Origin: Ancylonema sp.
Lineage: Eukaryota
Direction: 5' to 3'
DNA length: 64,000 bases
Assembly: GCA_050230475.1 (NCBI GenBank)
Contig: JBFLGF010000057.1
Location: 1-64,000, forward strand
The notes under the pieces are model-generated. The model did not search any database, was not told the origin of the DNA, and saw nothing but the letters and a program-made list of their open reading frames with translations. Numbering within the stretch: position 1 is the stretch's first letter; each line of letters begins with the position of its first letter. The translations under genes were made by a program, and so were the position numbers. Positions 12,353-25,492 of this stretch are shown piece after piece.

Positions 12353-13738
12353 ACGTGAAGTGCATGGGCTCACTGCTAGGGCGTCGTAGTGCAGCCCGTC
12401 GTAGATCAGCATCACACGCTCGGAGTACCCCATGGCCTGCCGCCCACAATCATCACCGTACCGCGTTGTCAGAAACCATCCGTTGCCACATCCCCTTCCG
12501 GAAGTAGAAGTGGAGTGCGGTGCGGATCTGCGCGAGGGCATCCCTCAACCCCGCCTCCATTCGCTTTGCGTGGGCGCCATGACAGCCTTCAGCATTCGTC
12601 ACGCACGAATCCACCACTGCTCACTGCTATTGTGCTATTGTGCTGTTGTGCTGTTGTGCTGTTGTGCTGTTGTGCTGTTGTGCTGTTGTGCTGTTGTGCT
12701 GTTGTGCTGTTGTGCTGTTGAACTTCCGTGGTTTCGTGGTCTCGTGGTTTTGTGGTTCCGTGGTTTCGTGGTTTCGTGTGTTCTGTGGCCTTTTCGGTTT
12801 TTGGACATCCCCCCCCATGCCCCATGCCAGGTGTGCATCCCCACCTGGCCGTACACATCGCACCGCGTGGTCTGGACATCAAAGGCAGCGATCTCGCGGT
12901 GGTAGAAAGAAGACAAGATGGAGAGCTCGATGGCCCCTGGGGGATGGGGGATGGGAGAGGAAGTGGGGATGGGTTGGAGGATGGTGCGCATCGGTCGACC
13001 AGAATGTCGGGGATGGCGTGCTCATGGGGCCCTCAACTAATCATTGTGGGCAGGGGTTGCATGTGCGGGGGGAGAAGGAAGTCGATTTGAGGCGAGCATG
13101 TGCTGAACACAGGCTCTTCTTTATCACATTGATGGCGGAGGAAAGGGAGTGTGCAGAAAGGCAAAATGGCAGAATGGCAAAATGGCAAAATGGCAAAATG
13201 GCAAAATGGCAAAATGGCAAAATGGAAAAATGGCAAATGGCAAAATGGCAAAATGGCAAAATGGCAAACTGGCAAAATGGCAAAATGGCAAACTGGCAGA
13301 TTGGCAAGGTAGAGAGAGACATTTCAATAAGAGGGTGGAACAACCTCCCCATTTTTCGAGGTTTAGGATCCACTGGCTATACTCCTCATTGCTTTTGCCG
13401 AGAAATGCTTCATCGTACTGCTTCGGATCGCCCCTCACTTTTTCGGCCACCACCTGCCCATATCCACAGAGCCCAGTTTCGTCATCAAAACCGGGAAAAT
13501 AACCGGATCCATGCCTCTCAGGTCTACAAGAGAAGCTGTCGTTCTGCACACGATTCGGGCTTTCCAAAATCGAGGACCGAATTTGTGGCACCTTTTCGAT
13601 TTCGTAACTTGGTGCACTACCGACCAGCGCACCATGGCAGGGGGCTCACATGCGCTCCTCACATTGCGAAGTGTGCATAATAAAAAAAATTATCGAATCA
13701 GGTTGTGTCGGATACCACATCAGTGTTCTAATAGACAG

Positions 13739-13836
<98 letters not shown>

Positions 13837-13858
13837 TATATACATATGTATATATATG

Positions 13859-13890
<32 letters not shown>

Positions 13891-13932
13891 TGTATATTTA
13901 TATGTATGTATATATACATATATGTATACATA

Positions 13933-13985
<53 letters not shown>

Positions 13986-15214
13986 GTATATATGTTTGTA
14001 TGTATATATATACATATATATATATATATGTATATACATATATGCATATATATATACACACATACATATATACATATATATATATGTATATATATACACA
14101 TACATATACATACATATATATACATATATATATATACATATCTATATATACACATGTACATATACATATATACACATGTATACATATATATATATACATA
14201 TATGTAAACATATACATATAAACATACATATTTACATATATATATGTATATGTATATATGTATACACATATACATATATACATACGTATATACATGTATA
14301 CATATATACATATATTCACATATATTTACACATATATGTATACACATATACATGTATACATACATATATACATATATACATATATACATATATATATATA
14401 AATATATATACATATACATATATATATATGTATACATATGTATATATATATATATATATGCGTACAACTGAGCCGGCCACAGTAAAAATGTAGGACAGAC
14501 TTCCTGGTTCTGGTGCCCAAAGTCAAATACAAAGGAAGTAATTGGAGGCGTTGGAGGCGTTCTTGATATCCGGTCACAGACAGCAGGGTGGCAGTGGAAG
14601 TATTAAAAAAAACCCATCAATTATCTTTGCCTTCAACTGGCAGCTTGTGCAAAATCAAACGCCATTTAAGCATCTCAGGAGCAACGCACCTGTCGGAGTC
14701 TTTTCGCCTTTGATTTGTCGTGCTCCATGACGTATCTAATGAAGGACGGGGATACGGAGGTCAATGTCTTAGAATCCCGAGGGAAAGACGCCTTGAAACT
14801 ATGGTGATGCAGCAGAGCTAGGGCAGATGGCCTAGAGATACTCGCAGAAGACCGGATGTTTCAGTTTGTCGGACAAAGTCAAGTGCAGAGGTTAGTGGAC
14901 TTGACATTTGGTACAAAGCCACTTGAGATTACATCACGCGGACACAATTCCGGAAAATCCGATGGTCCATCAGTGGAGGAGGGTACAAATTCTGGTAATG
15001 ATGACACTTCAGGCACTGACAGCCAGTTGCCATTCTTTTTGAGAGCAACTGATAGGAATGTTCCGTCGCATGAGAAGTATCACACTAAATGGCGAATGAA
15101 TTCCATGGATTTCTCGGCAAGTATGCCATTGATGAAAACGAAGTATTACCCCACAGCGGTGAAGAGGCAGTTGTTGTCTGCGCCTATCACTCGGCGCACT
15201 ACTTTCCCTTCCAT
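11253..15214 (-). CDS. OTU2: OTU-domain deubiquitinase of the OTU1/YOD1 type (plant OTU2-like, no UBX domain), 8 coding exons
   Basis: [22 protein letters not shown] (catalytic Cys), [42 protein letters not shown] (catalytic His), and C2H2 finger [34 protein letters not shown]. Confidence 0.95.
11731..11790. repeat. (CTCGGAA)n 7-mer tandem repeat, ~8 copies, in an OTU2 intron
   Basis: Directly visible. Confidence 0.95.
12630..12780. repeat. Adjacent 8-mer arrays (TGTGCTGT)n and degenerate (GTGGTTTC)n in an OTU2 intron
   Basis: Directly visible. Confidence 0.93.
13160..13307. repeat. (GGCAAAAT)n 8-mer tandem repeat in an OTU2 intron
   Basis: Directly visible. Confidence 0.95.
13742..14459. 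repeat. ~720-bp compound (TA)n/TACA/TGTA microsatellite in OTU2 intron 2
   Basis: Directly visible. Confidence 0.97.
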
Positions 15215-15457
15215 GGCTCCTGACAGCCAAAAATCTCGCCACAGTGAATCCCAATGGCAAGAGAATGCAACGCAGGCAGAGTATGGGGTAAGTGTTGCAT
15301 TATTTTGAACAAAAGTGGTGTCAATGGTGAAACCTCCTGCCAACAAGGCTTCCTGGAGGTTGTTGAATCGTGTCAAATTGGGTCGGACACGAAAACAGGC
15401 GCAACTACAAAATAATTTGAATCACATAAAATTGAATCTCACGCCGGACATTTCTTG

Positions 15458-15955
15458 CAGGGTTGCACGAGACGCGTATCGTATCCGTTCTGTTCCCGAC
15501 GCGAGACGGCGTCTCGGCATTTCCTGTCCCGTGTCGAGGTTTCCGAGACGGCCCGTGTCATGTCGGGCCAATATGGCACCGCCTCGGACACGAGAGACGC
15601 GTGTCCTGCCAAACTTGCGTTCTTGAGGCTAAAACGCCAAGGAAAACGTAAGGAAAAATCCATATCCATGGATTCTAATTGTGACAAAGCACATGTTCAT
15701 TGCGTGGGTAGTATCTTTTATAACGCTAAAACTTCACAGTATAGTTTGCCTTTTTTAATTTATGCCGACTTCTTTTCACAACCTTTTTTATTAACCTCGG
15801 GAATGGGACACGGGCCGAATCGAGTGCTACGCGTACTGGACACCACTAGCGTATCGGGGCACACTTGAAGAAGCATGACGTATCTAGCCACATCGCCGCA
15901 CCGCCGTATCGGAGACGGCGTATTGAAGAGTCAAGTGTTGTATCGTGCAACTATG
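15458..15955. mobile_element. hAT-type MITE (~498 bp)
   Basis: TIRs CAGGGTTGCACGA and CATAGTTGCACGA (reverse complement of the right end). Flanking 8-mers atttcttg (15450-15457) and attttttg (15956-15963) match at 7/8, consistent with an 8-bp TSD. Repeated subterminal CGTATC/GACACG/GAGACG motifs. Confidence 0.75.
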
Positions 15956-16516
15956 ATTTTTTGCGATTGAAACTAGGAAACCATCTAGCCCTCACCAACA
16001 ACATTATTTTCGTCACCGCGTATCGGTATCGGTCCATAAATGACACGTACTCATCAACATTACCAAAAAGCGGATGGAGGAAGCGCGTGGAGTAAATTTT
16101 GTGATTTACTATTTGAACCAACACATGTACTTTGCTCGCTACTCTCTTTGATGAAGAGTGCGTCTAACTCGGTATTCATGCCAAGTTGCGAATTCGAGTG
16201 TGAACAACATGGAGCTGATCACAAAGTGAGACTGAGCACGTGCAAACATATTAACATATGGGACCATATGTAAGGTTCGGGATTGCACGCGTCACACGTA
16301 TATCAAGTGCGGCATTCTTGTGGAGTATGTGAGACTCCATCCGGGTCATCTTCACTTTCTAACCTTCTCACACAAATGGGTGGAATATACACGTTTGAAA
16401 CTTGGGTCTGATCGGCCTCACAAGGCTTGGGGCTCAAAGAGCACACCTCAAGAACTCAAAATCAATTTCAAAGCGCGAAGCACAATCAAGCGAATGACGA
16501 ATGTTGTTGCGGCATC

Positions 16517-19500
16517 TCATCTTTTACCTTCTTCATCACTTGTTTGGATCACTGTCTTTTTCAATGGCTCGTTAAACATCTTTCTATAGATGGCCAGATG
16601 TTCGATCGTGGCTTTCTTCGGGGTGGCTCCATCTCGTTTTGCCAGTTGTGGCCGCGTCATATATTGCCAATTCAGCGCCTTCAAGTGCCTCCCCACTCTC
16701 GCCACCACCGGTCGCGTGTCGCGCAGAATCACAACCCCTCCCGGTCGCAGCACCCGGTCCATCTCCAACAACAAGTCGTCCATGTTGCAACCGGCTGCCG
16801 CTATCACTTTGGACACCACGTTGCCTGCATGGATGAGGTCGTACGTCCTCGGGTACGTGGAGAACGACTCGCACCTGATCAACGGCAATTGGGGATGCAT
16901 GTCCCCCCCCAAAACCCCGATTTGGCGCGATAAGAGGAGTCCATGTCCACATGCATCTTCTCTATCAAAATGAACAGCCTCTTCTTGTGTGCGCATCTCA
17001 CATCCCGCATTCCTCGCATTCGTGCCTATGCTACTACTGCCTTAAAATCATTCAAATATGACAGCAACACGTCAAATCCGTCGTATTTCACCACCTTGCA
17101 AACCCCTTCTAAAGCGCACACCGACTGCCATACACCTCTCCGCTCACTTCTCGTCATGGTGTGTACGACCATCACGTGCACATGCGACCGCAGTGGGCAC
17201 ACAGTGTCCTACCAATCGTGTTGCACGCCGATCAGGCCTCGGTCGTAAACGACATTCAGCTTCTCATACTCCTCCACGTGGACCGTGTTCATCACCCACA
17301 CCGCCTTGTCACCCAAAGCGGCCGCAAAGCTCCCAAACCCCGCGTTCATGTCTAGGACATTCCGTAGAGAGCCCTCCTTCACGTGGGCCCCCAGGAGGGA
17401 CCAGTAGAGGACCACTCGATCCTTCCACGCTTCCTACATAACATGCCAAAATATTCACTCTCGTTTCATGCATCATCCGGAAGTTGCGATGAGAGAGAGA
17501 GAGAGAGGGAGGAGGATGTGGCAACAGGGGACTGGCATTGGTTCAACACACATATCATATCGGAAGTATTGCAGAAACTGTTTGGCAAAGGCCACAGAAG
17601 TACCCCAACAACAAAAAATTAATCCAGAATTTCACCTTGTTGAGAGAGGTGGTGAATCCGGACAGCTTACATACTCACAAGTATGTTATCACTGGCATAC
17701 ATACTTACAATCATACATACCTACATGCATATGTATAGAAATACGTATGCATGTATGTATACATGTAGATGCATATACGTACACACGTGTACATGCATGC
17801 AGTACAACTCATGCATCAACATTTGTGCGTGCGTGCAGAGCCCTCCGCAGACACCAGCCATCCGAGGGGGGAAGAGCGTACCGAGTCCGCAATGAACACC
17901 CCCTTGCTCGTGTTCAGCTCCCTGAGCCGCGGGGGGGGTGTGAAGAGCCTCGCTGGCCACGGCTGCAGCTTCCGCCATTTCTTGACGGCTACCCCCTCGG
18001 CCTTAAGGGGGACTTTCACTGCCACCCCCACCACCCCCCCCTTCTCCACACCTTGCCCAGGAAGTGCTGTATACATTTCTGCGTCTCATTCCCTCACCTT
18101 CGGGCAAGGGGGTGATGCAGGCCTCCATGGGCGTCTTCCATCCCAGGTCGGAGGGCAGTTGGAGGGTGCACAGGGGGGGATGGGCGGAGGGGCTGCGCTC
18201 CGCGTAGCACTGGTTGGACGCGGGCTTGCGGAAAATGACGGTCTGGTTCGCGTGCGCCACAATGATCCAACACATCTGTCTGCCCACCCACCCCCCCCCC
18301 AACCCCCTCACCCACTCAGCTTCTAGAAGAGGCTGGGAGGGGCTGGCTGGGTGGCGGGCTCTTACTGCGTGAAGGCCGTGACTTCATCCCATATCTTCTG
18401 CTCCTCCACGTCTTTGCGGTAGGCGGGGGGCGCAGACCACACCCAGTACCCCCCCGGCCGCAGCAGGCGGGCGATCGCCCGGAGCAGAATCCCGCCTGCG
18501 CCCACCCCCGCCACCCCCCCCCCCCACACTCTCACACCTCCTTCCCCTGCCAGGAGACAAGCGGCAGGAGACAGGTGGTGCTGACGTGGCACCCACCTCT
18601 CTGCGTCCAGTCGATACGGCAGCGGGAGCAGTGGGCCAAGGTCGAAGGCTTTGCTGGGGTAGGGCAGGCGGTGGGTGCCCACTATGCCGAGAGAGGCTGG
18701 GATGCCGCGCTCCAGAGCGAGCTGGATCTGGTTCTCATGCTTGTCGTTGGGGGCGAGGGACAGGGCCAGGATGCGGTGGTCCAACAAAAAGGCGCCAAAG
18801 GAGGCCACGCCACAGCCATGTCGAGAGCCGTGCGGATCTTGACGCCCAGACTCAGGTCGCCGGATTCGCTGTGGAGCATCTGAAGGGGGGGGGGAGTGGT
18901 GGTGTGACGAGGGCGGAGTCTGTATGGACAGGTGGGTGGTTATAACAGTGTGGTTGCAGTCGCTGATGAGGTCGGGGGGATCCATTGTTTCCGCCGCAAG
19001 TTGGCTACCTTCTCTATTTGGGGGGGGCACGTGGCATTGATTGCGGGGGACAGGTGGCACAATCTGACTGGCAGTTGTGTCCGTTTCTGTGCTCCTCTCC
19101 TGGTCAGTACTGGATAGGACTGCACTGGAAGGTGGCAGCTGACAATGAAACGGTTTTTATGGAGAAGGAGGAGAGGGGGGGAAGTGGGGGGGGGTGAGGG
19201 GAAGTGTTCTTGGGGGTCCCTTGGGATGTCTAGCCACCCCACCCCACCCCTGCATCACAGAGGCGGGTTGGGACGGTTTGTGCTCACTTTGGCGAGGTGG
19301 GTGATGTACTTGTCGGCGCCCCCGCTGAAGTGTGTCCCTCCGCCCGGAAACTTGATGAACTTCCCATCCACCACCATCCAGTTCTGCGCACATGGCACCA
19401 CACCCCCCCTCTCTCACACAGGGCTGTAGAGTATGGCAAGGTGGCGAGTTTCGATAGGGAGGCAGAGTCTCACTTGGTCGGATTTCTGTGTTGCCAGGTG

Positions 19501-22272
19501 GGGGTGCGGCACGTTGGCCTTGTAGATTTTGTCGCGGCTTTCTGGCCATTGGATGGGGATCTGCACTCCCCACATCCGCATCCCACCCCTCATTTGGCAC
19601 CCCCCCTCCCTGTGTACCCCTGGCCAGCATTTGCTGAAGCAGCAGCCTTGTGATTGGTCTAGCTTATAGGGTGTCTTTTTTATGCGATGCCACTACCCCT
19701 CCTCTTCTGTTCTATTGTCTCTGCCCCTTCATTTCACTTCCCCGCGGCACCCTTTCACCACGGCCATGGAAGTGACGCCTGCCCAACATACACCCCCCTG
19801 CCCCCTCCCGTCCCAGCTCTCTTCTACCGCAGGTTAACCGCCAGCTAGCCAGCTAGCCAGCTAGCTGGTGGTGCTTCCTGAACGAAGCAGCACGGGTTTA
19901 GCCACTGTGGTGGCGGACCGAGCTACAAAACTAGCGCTGCTTTCGAAATAGGTTTGGTTTCGTTCAGTTTTGCGGCCACCCTCTGTACCTGGTACCCCGG
20001 GGTTGCCGGGATGCGGCACTTGTTGCGGTACTGCTGAGGAGGGCAGTGGCGTTCGTAGTGCTCCATCACGTTGGTGGCTATCTTGAGCTTCAATTTGGCT
20101 CGCAACTCCGCATCGTGGCAAGGGATGAGCTCTGACAGGTTCGCCGCGCAGAGCTGCCACACCCGATGAGGTCCACACGCACAAGTAGAGGAGGCGTTAG
20201 GCGAAGCTGACTCTCCAGGAGGAGAGGAGGAGGCAGTCAGTGGAACCCCCCCCCCCCCGAAGCACTCACAGACTCTGACAGATGGCAATTGTGCACTGTG
20301 TGTGTGTGTGTGTGTGTGTGTGTGAGTGTGTGGGACCCACTCGAGCCACAAGTCGAGGGCACTAGAGGCAGTGGAGCGAGATGCGGTTATAAAGAAAGAC
20401 TGGAAGGGAAGACTGCTCTCAACGGGACTTGGTTCGAGGGACGCAGGGGCAGGGAGTGGTGAGTGGGATCAGATATTTGCCTTGAAAGGTGCCACCTTCT
20501 CCCCAACCACGCGCGCAGGAGACCTTCTCGGGACCGCTTCCCCTTCCCCACCTGCTTCCTCCTCACCTTCCTCACCCTCCTCCACACTCTTGGGAGTGGT
20601 AGTCTTCTTTGCCACAGACTTTTTGGGGATCGGTTTTTGGGAGGAAGCAACCTCGTCTTCACCTCCCTCCTCCAACGGTTCAGGAATCACTTCCGTGAGT
20701 CGAGACTGCTTCCCCCTCCGTCCCCCCAAGAGTATTTTGGGGATTTTCACTCTCGAACCACCCTCCGAATCCTCCTGTCCTGCCTCAGAGAGCCCATCGT
20801 CCTCTGCCACCTCAGAGGTCGCTGTCAACTTCACTTTGGGCTTGAGGGTCCCCTTGTCAGTCGCATCTTCCTCCTCACCGCCCTTGCTCGACCTGGTTGC
20901 CAGACCTCTCTTCTCCTTCTCTGTCTCCGCATCCTCTTCAGAATCGTCTTCCTCAGCGACAGCTTTCGGCTTACGTCGTGCGGCGGGCTTGAGTGCCTTT
21001 CCAGGCACGTCCTTGTCTCCCTCCTCCACCTCCTCACCTCCTACCTCCTCCACCTTCGCCTCTGCCATCCATGCTGCCAGGACGTTGGCAGGGCTTCCCT
21101 TGTGCTCTCCTCCACTTCTGCCTGCGATGGTGAATTCGGATGGCCCATCTTCAGCGTGACTGCTCTTTTTCCACTTATCCACTTCCTTCCCGCCCCTATC
21201 TTTGGTCAAAGGGACCGCTGACTTCGGCTGACTTCGGTAAAAGCCACCTCCGACCGCAGACTGCACTGGTTCCGCATCCTCTGTCTCCTCGCTCTCGAAT
21301 GGTGTCTCCGTCTCAGCTTGTACAATATTGCGGGCGCCACCGACATTTCCAGCACCAGGGGGCGAGAAAACCTTTCTAGGAGCAGCCGGGTTGCCCAGTT
21401 TCCGCAGGCCCTCCACCTTACCTGCTGCCTCTTTCCCCATATTATTACCAATCCCTCTACTGTCGTCAACAGCCATAGTTGCGAGGTCTGGTTCTGGCAC
21501 TCGATCATGCACCGCCCCCGTGTCACCTCCCAGACGCTCTCTTTCACTCCCAAAACCTTTTGCATTCTCAATTTTACTCCTGGATGGCCCTGCTGGCACC
21601 ATGTCGAATCCTGTCTTTCCGTTACCGTCTACATTCGCAACAGCAGCCTTCGTATACTCTATTGCGCTCGCTTCGTCGACTTCGGGAGGCGTCAAATAAT
21701 CCCTAGGACCCCCAAGGGGATCTGGCATTTTGGGCATCGCTGTCCCAGTCACTTCGCTCTGTAAACGGGAGAGAGAGCCGATAAATAGCTGGCCGACAGT
21801 CGAAATTCATAAACGATAAGAAAGGAGGAAGAGATACTCATAGACAGTAAGCGGCTTGTCGAGATACACCTGCCCCACTGTATGTCTCTATTTCTATCCA
21901 AGTCATTCTTCAATAAGCAGTTATCATATACAGCAGCTGCATTGCGGTTCGAGCGAGCCGACTAACAGCCGGAAGCCGTCATCTGAATTTATGCAAGAGA
22001 TTGGAACAGACGAGGACGAGAGCACAGAATATTGGACTCACCATTTCCGGAACATCTTCTGCCTCCTTAGGCTCCTGCCCGTGCGTTAAATCTTTTGAAA
22101 TGTCTGCGAGAGTAGCATCAACTGCCCGGGATCCTCTCGATATGGTGTAGTATACAGAAAGGCTACAAATTAACACACCTACGAAGCAAACCGAGCAAAT
22201 AAATCTCCGTGTGACACCACCTTCTTCCGCATGCCTAAGTCGTATGGAACGCAAGGCACTGCTGGTCCTCAT
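16517..22272 (-). CDS. Putative pectin methyltransferase (PMT, Methyltransf_29/DUF248), type II membrane protein; two frameshifts in this sequence
   Basis: N-terminal TM ([19 protein letters not shown]), LIPCHD...[111 protein letters not shown]. Confidence 0.92.
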
Positions 22273-22770
22273 GATCGTCTTTAGTATCACAGATTCCCAG
22301 CAGGACCATGAAATTGCAAAATGTGACACGATGACGCGGCAGAACTCCACCGGCTGAAGTGGTATGCACTAACGATGTAGTACCTCCCGCCACCACCTAC
22401 ATCACTTTCTCCCTTACCTAACAGTCAGGGTTGTTCAACAATCAACCGTGCGGAAGTACTCTTTACACGGAGAGGTTGCCAGTTGTTGCATGTCTCCAGG
22501 ACCTGTAGTCAAGGGATCGGACTGCACCATCGAAACACAAAATTCGAATTTCGTACAGTAAATACTCGTTACAGGCACACTCTTGGGACACCGAAAAAGT
22601 GTGCCTGTAACGTGATTGTGTCTGTAACGAGGGAATCGCGTTACAGGCACATTTTCCAGGGGCCCTGAGGCAGATTTGCCTGTAACGAGGGAATCTCAAA
22701 ATTTTGCTCTCAGAGGTCATGAACTTCGTTTGCCATCTCGCTGAAAAAAAATCACCATGAAATATCGTCT

Positions 22771-23520
22771 TATCTAATTGGAGCGTGAATACTTACAATG
22801 GTATCATATGCACTCTCGTATGTAGGTTTGTGAGATGCGATGGTTGTCCAAGGTAATGATCGTTCACTTCGTCCATCCATTTATTTTAAGGCATATGAGG
22901 CACATCTAAAGGAACGTAAAGGATTGACATGATGGGATGGTATTGTCTTATCTCTTTTTTGTCGACAAGCATAGATTCGGGCATGCGAGCCGTTGACTTT
23001 AACAAAGCCAATAACTGTTGTCTTATTTGCTGATTGGAGTGTGAATAATGAAGATACATGGTTTCATATTCACTCGCATGTAATTTGTAAGATGCAATGG
23101 TTCCCTAAGGTAAGGGTCGTTTACTTCGTCCATCCACTTCAAGGCATATGAGGCACATGTAAAGGAACGTAAAGGATTGTCATGATGGGATGGTATTGTC
23201 GTCTCTTTTCAAGCATAGATTCGGGAATGCGAGCCGTTGATTCGGGCATGCGAGCCGTTGACTTTAACAAAGCCAATAACTGTTGTCTTATTTGTTGATT
23301 GGACTGTGAATACTTACAAAAAATGGTTTCATATTCAATCGCATGTAGTTTGAGAGATGCAATGGCTCTCCAAAGCAAGGGTCGTTTACTTTGTCCATCC
23401 AATTCAAGGCAAATTAGGTTCATATAATGGCACATAAAGATTAATCGTGATGGGATGGTCTTATCTTTGCTTTTTTGTAAACAAGTATGGATTCGGGCAC
23501 TATCTTTAACAAAACCAATA
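22771..23520. repeat. Three degenerate tandem copies of a ~250-270 bp unit inside the pogo-like element
   Basis: Recurring blocks gagatgcaatgg, ttcaaggcatatgaggcacat, gatgggatggt, gattcgggca, aacaaagccaataactgttgtc. Confidence 0.8.
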
Positions 23521-23779
23521 AATCAGATATGGACACAAAAGAGTAGCCACATATTTTCCTGCTAACATTGCACGTAAAGTACTTCTACTGTGCTTAACAT
23601 CCACTTCCCACTACCGGAAAAAATCTTCTTGATTACCTCTTGCTTGCGGTTCATAACACATGTAGCTTGCATTGCCAATAACTTGTTTGCAAATTGTTGT
23701 ACTTATAACATCATGAACTTCCATCATCATCTGGTCAAGGACCATGAGATTCCGTGCCCTCGTCTGTAGCAGCGACAAA

Positions 23780-24245
23780 CATAGTCAGATTCGAAAACTA
23801 GATTTAGATTCAGATTCAGATTGCGATAAAAACCACATCGTAACAAGTGAGGAGGCCGAAATTTCAGATATTCAGAATCAGTTCCAGAATCAGATTCGGA
23901 TTGCAATAAGTACCACCATAACAAGCGAAGAGGCAAAACTTTCAGAATCAGATTCAGAATCAGATTCAGAATCAGATTTTGAATCAGATTCAGATTGCGA
24001 TGACAACCACCATAATAAGCGAAGAGGAAAAAATTTAAGAATCGGATTTAGAAACAGATTTTGAATCAGATTCAGATTGCGATGACAACCACCATAATAA
24101 GCGAAGAGGCAAAATTTTCAGAATCAGATTCAGAAACAGATTCTGAATCGGATTCAGATTGCGATGACAACCTCCATAACAAGCGAAGAGGCAAACCTTT
24201 AAGTATCAGATTCAGATTGCGATAACAACCACCATGACAAGCGAA
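23780..24245. repeat. Minisatellite of ~60-75 bp units built on (TCAGAT/TCAGAA)n inside the pogo-like element
   Basis: Repeated gattcagattgcgatgacaaccaccataataagcgaagaggcaaaa units. Confidence 0.88.
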
Positions 24246-24599
24246 GGGGTTTTGCTACGTTCCGGAGAAAGTATCATAACCTCCGCCTGAAACAATTATT
24301 TCCCCCCAATAGCCTGTGACGTCAGCATAATATATGACGTCATAACTCGTTACAGGCACAAAATGGCTTTTTGGTGTGCCTGTAACGTGGTGTGCTAGTG
24401 CCTATACCGAAGACGTTTTGGCGGGGGAAAGTTGGTACACCGAAAAAGTGTGCCTGTAACGTGATTGTGCCTGTAACGAGTGTGCCTAAAACGAGTATTT
24501 ACTGTACTCCGTAAATTATCATTTAGTGTCTTCTGTTATTATCTTCGTGAAAACGGTTTCGGCCACTTTTCCGGATTGAAAACCGGTTTCGGTTTTTCG

Positions 24600-25421
24600 T
24601 GACACCTCTCCGTCTTCGGCTTGGCCTTCCACATCCGTGTCTGGCGACGTATGCGGCGTGTTCATGTGGCCACCCGTTGGATCCTCTCGGGACCAATCTT
24701 CTGCGTTGCGCTTGCGGAGGAGAGCGCACTTCATCGCATGATTCTGTGCGCGATGCGGTTTACCACATCATTCGTGAGTCGCGCCAGCACGCGCATCGGG
24801 AGCGCACCGACTTCCTTCCTTCATCGGCTCCTTGGGGGCGCGGAGGGCGTGTCGATATTGTGATTTCGGATGCTGCGGTGGGACACTCTTTGGTCGACAT
24901 TATTGTGGCACACCCTACCCGTCGTGATTTGGTGGAGCGTGCCGCTAGACATGATCTCGTCGCTGCCACAGATGCGGAGCGAAGGAAGGAAACCCACCAT
25001 CGGGATCGCGCAGTCGGGATGAAATTTGTGCCCTTAGCTCTTGAGACGTACGGTGCATAGTCTGATAGATCGGATCGATTTTCAGTCGAGTGTGCCACGT
25101 TAGCTACTAGGGAGTGTGCAGGATCAAGGCCGTCCATTAGCTTGTTGTGCACATGGTCCCTTCAGAGAGTGTCGATTGCATTGCAGCGGTCGCTAACACA
25201 TGCGATACATGCTAGAACCCTACGTCTAAAGCAATCCATGGCCTTGTTACCCCCCCCACCACCGCGCGTTCCACTTCCTTCTTTTGAGTTGCATATTTTT
25301 GCTAGTTTTGGCTAGAACGATCGGCTCCAATTTTTGTCGTTTTTAGGATATGCAGTTTCTTTACAGGCACATTCTTGTAATGAGATGGGGCTCTCGTCGT
25401 TTTTCAATAATGTACACTTTC
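24600..25421 (+). mobile_element. 5'-truncated non-LTR retrotransposon with zinc knuckle and restriction-like endonuclease (CRE-like), degenerate
   Basis: LRLRLGLP, CSCGHPLDPLGTNLLRC, HDSVRD, RVDIVI...LVDI, AERRKETHH, FVPLALETYGA match the C-terminal CCHC + PD-(D/E)xK architecture of RLE elements. In-frame stop at ~25058. 3' UTR ends ...caataatgtacactttc. Confidence 0.8.
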
Positions 25422-25492
25422 CTTTTGTTTCAGCTCGGACACAGGTTTTCCGGAATCACCGGGACTTGGAAGTAAGAGAGAACTGTATATTA

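Larger units (their letters stand above)
22556..24504. mobile_element. Non-autonomous pogo/Tigger-like (Tc1/mariner superfamily) DNA transposon, 1949 bp
   Basis: 27-bp TIRs CAGTAAATACTCGTTACAGGCACACTC and CAGTAAATACTCGTTTTAGGCACACTC (25/27). TA on both sides (22554-22555, 24505-24506). Repeated subterminal GCCTGTAACG motifs; no ORF. Confidence 0.9.

Noticed and set aside
23780..24245. CRISPR-like repeat/spacer appearance
   Set aside because: No unique spacers, eukaryotic context and no cas genes; it is a minisatellite within a transposon.
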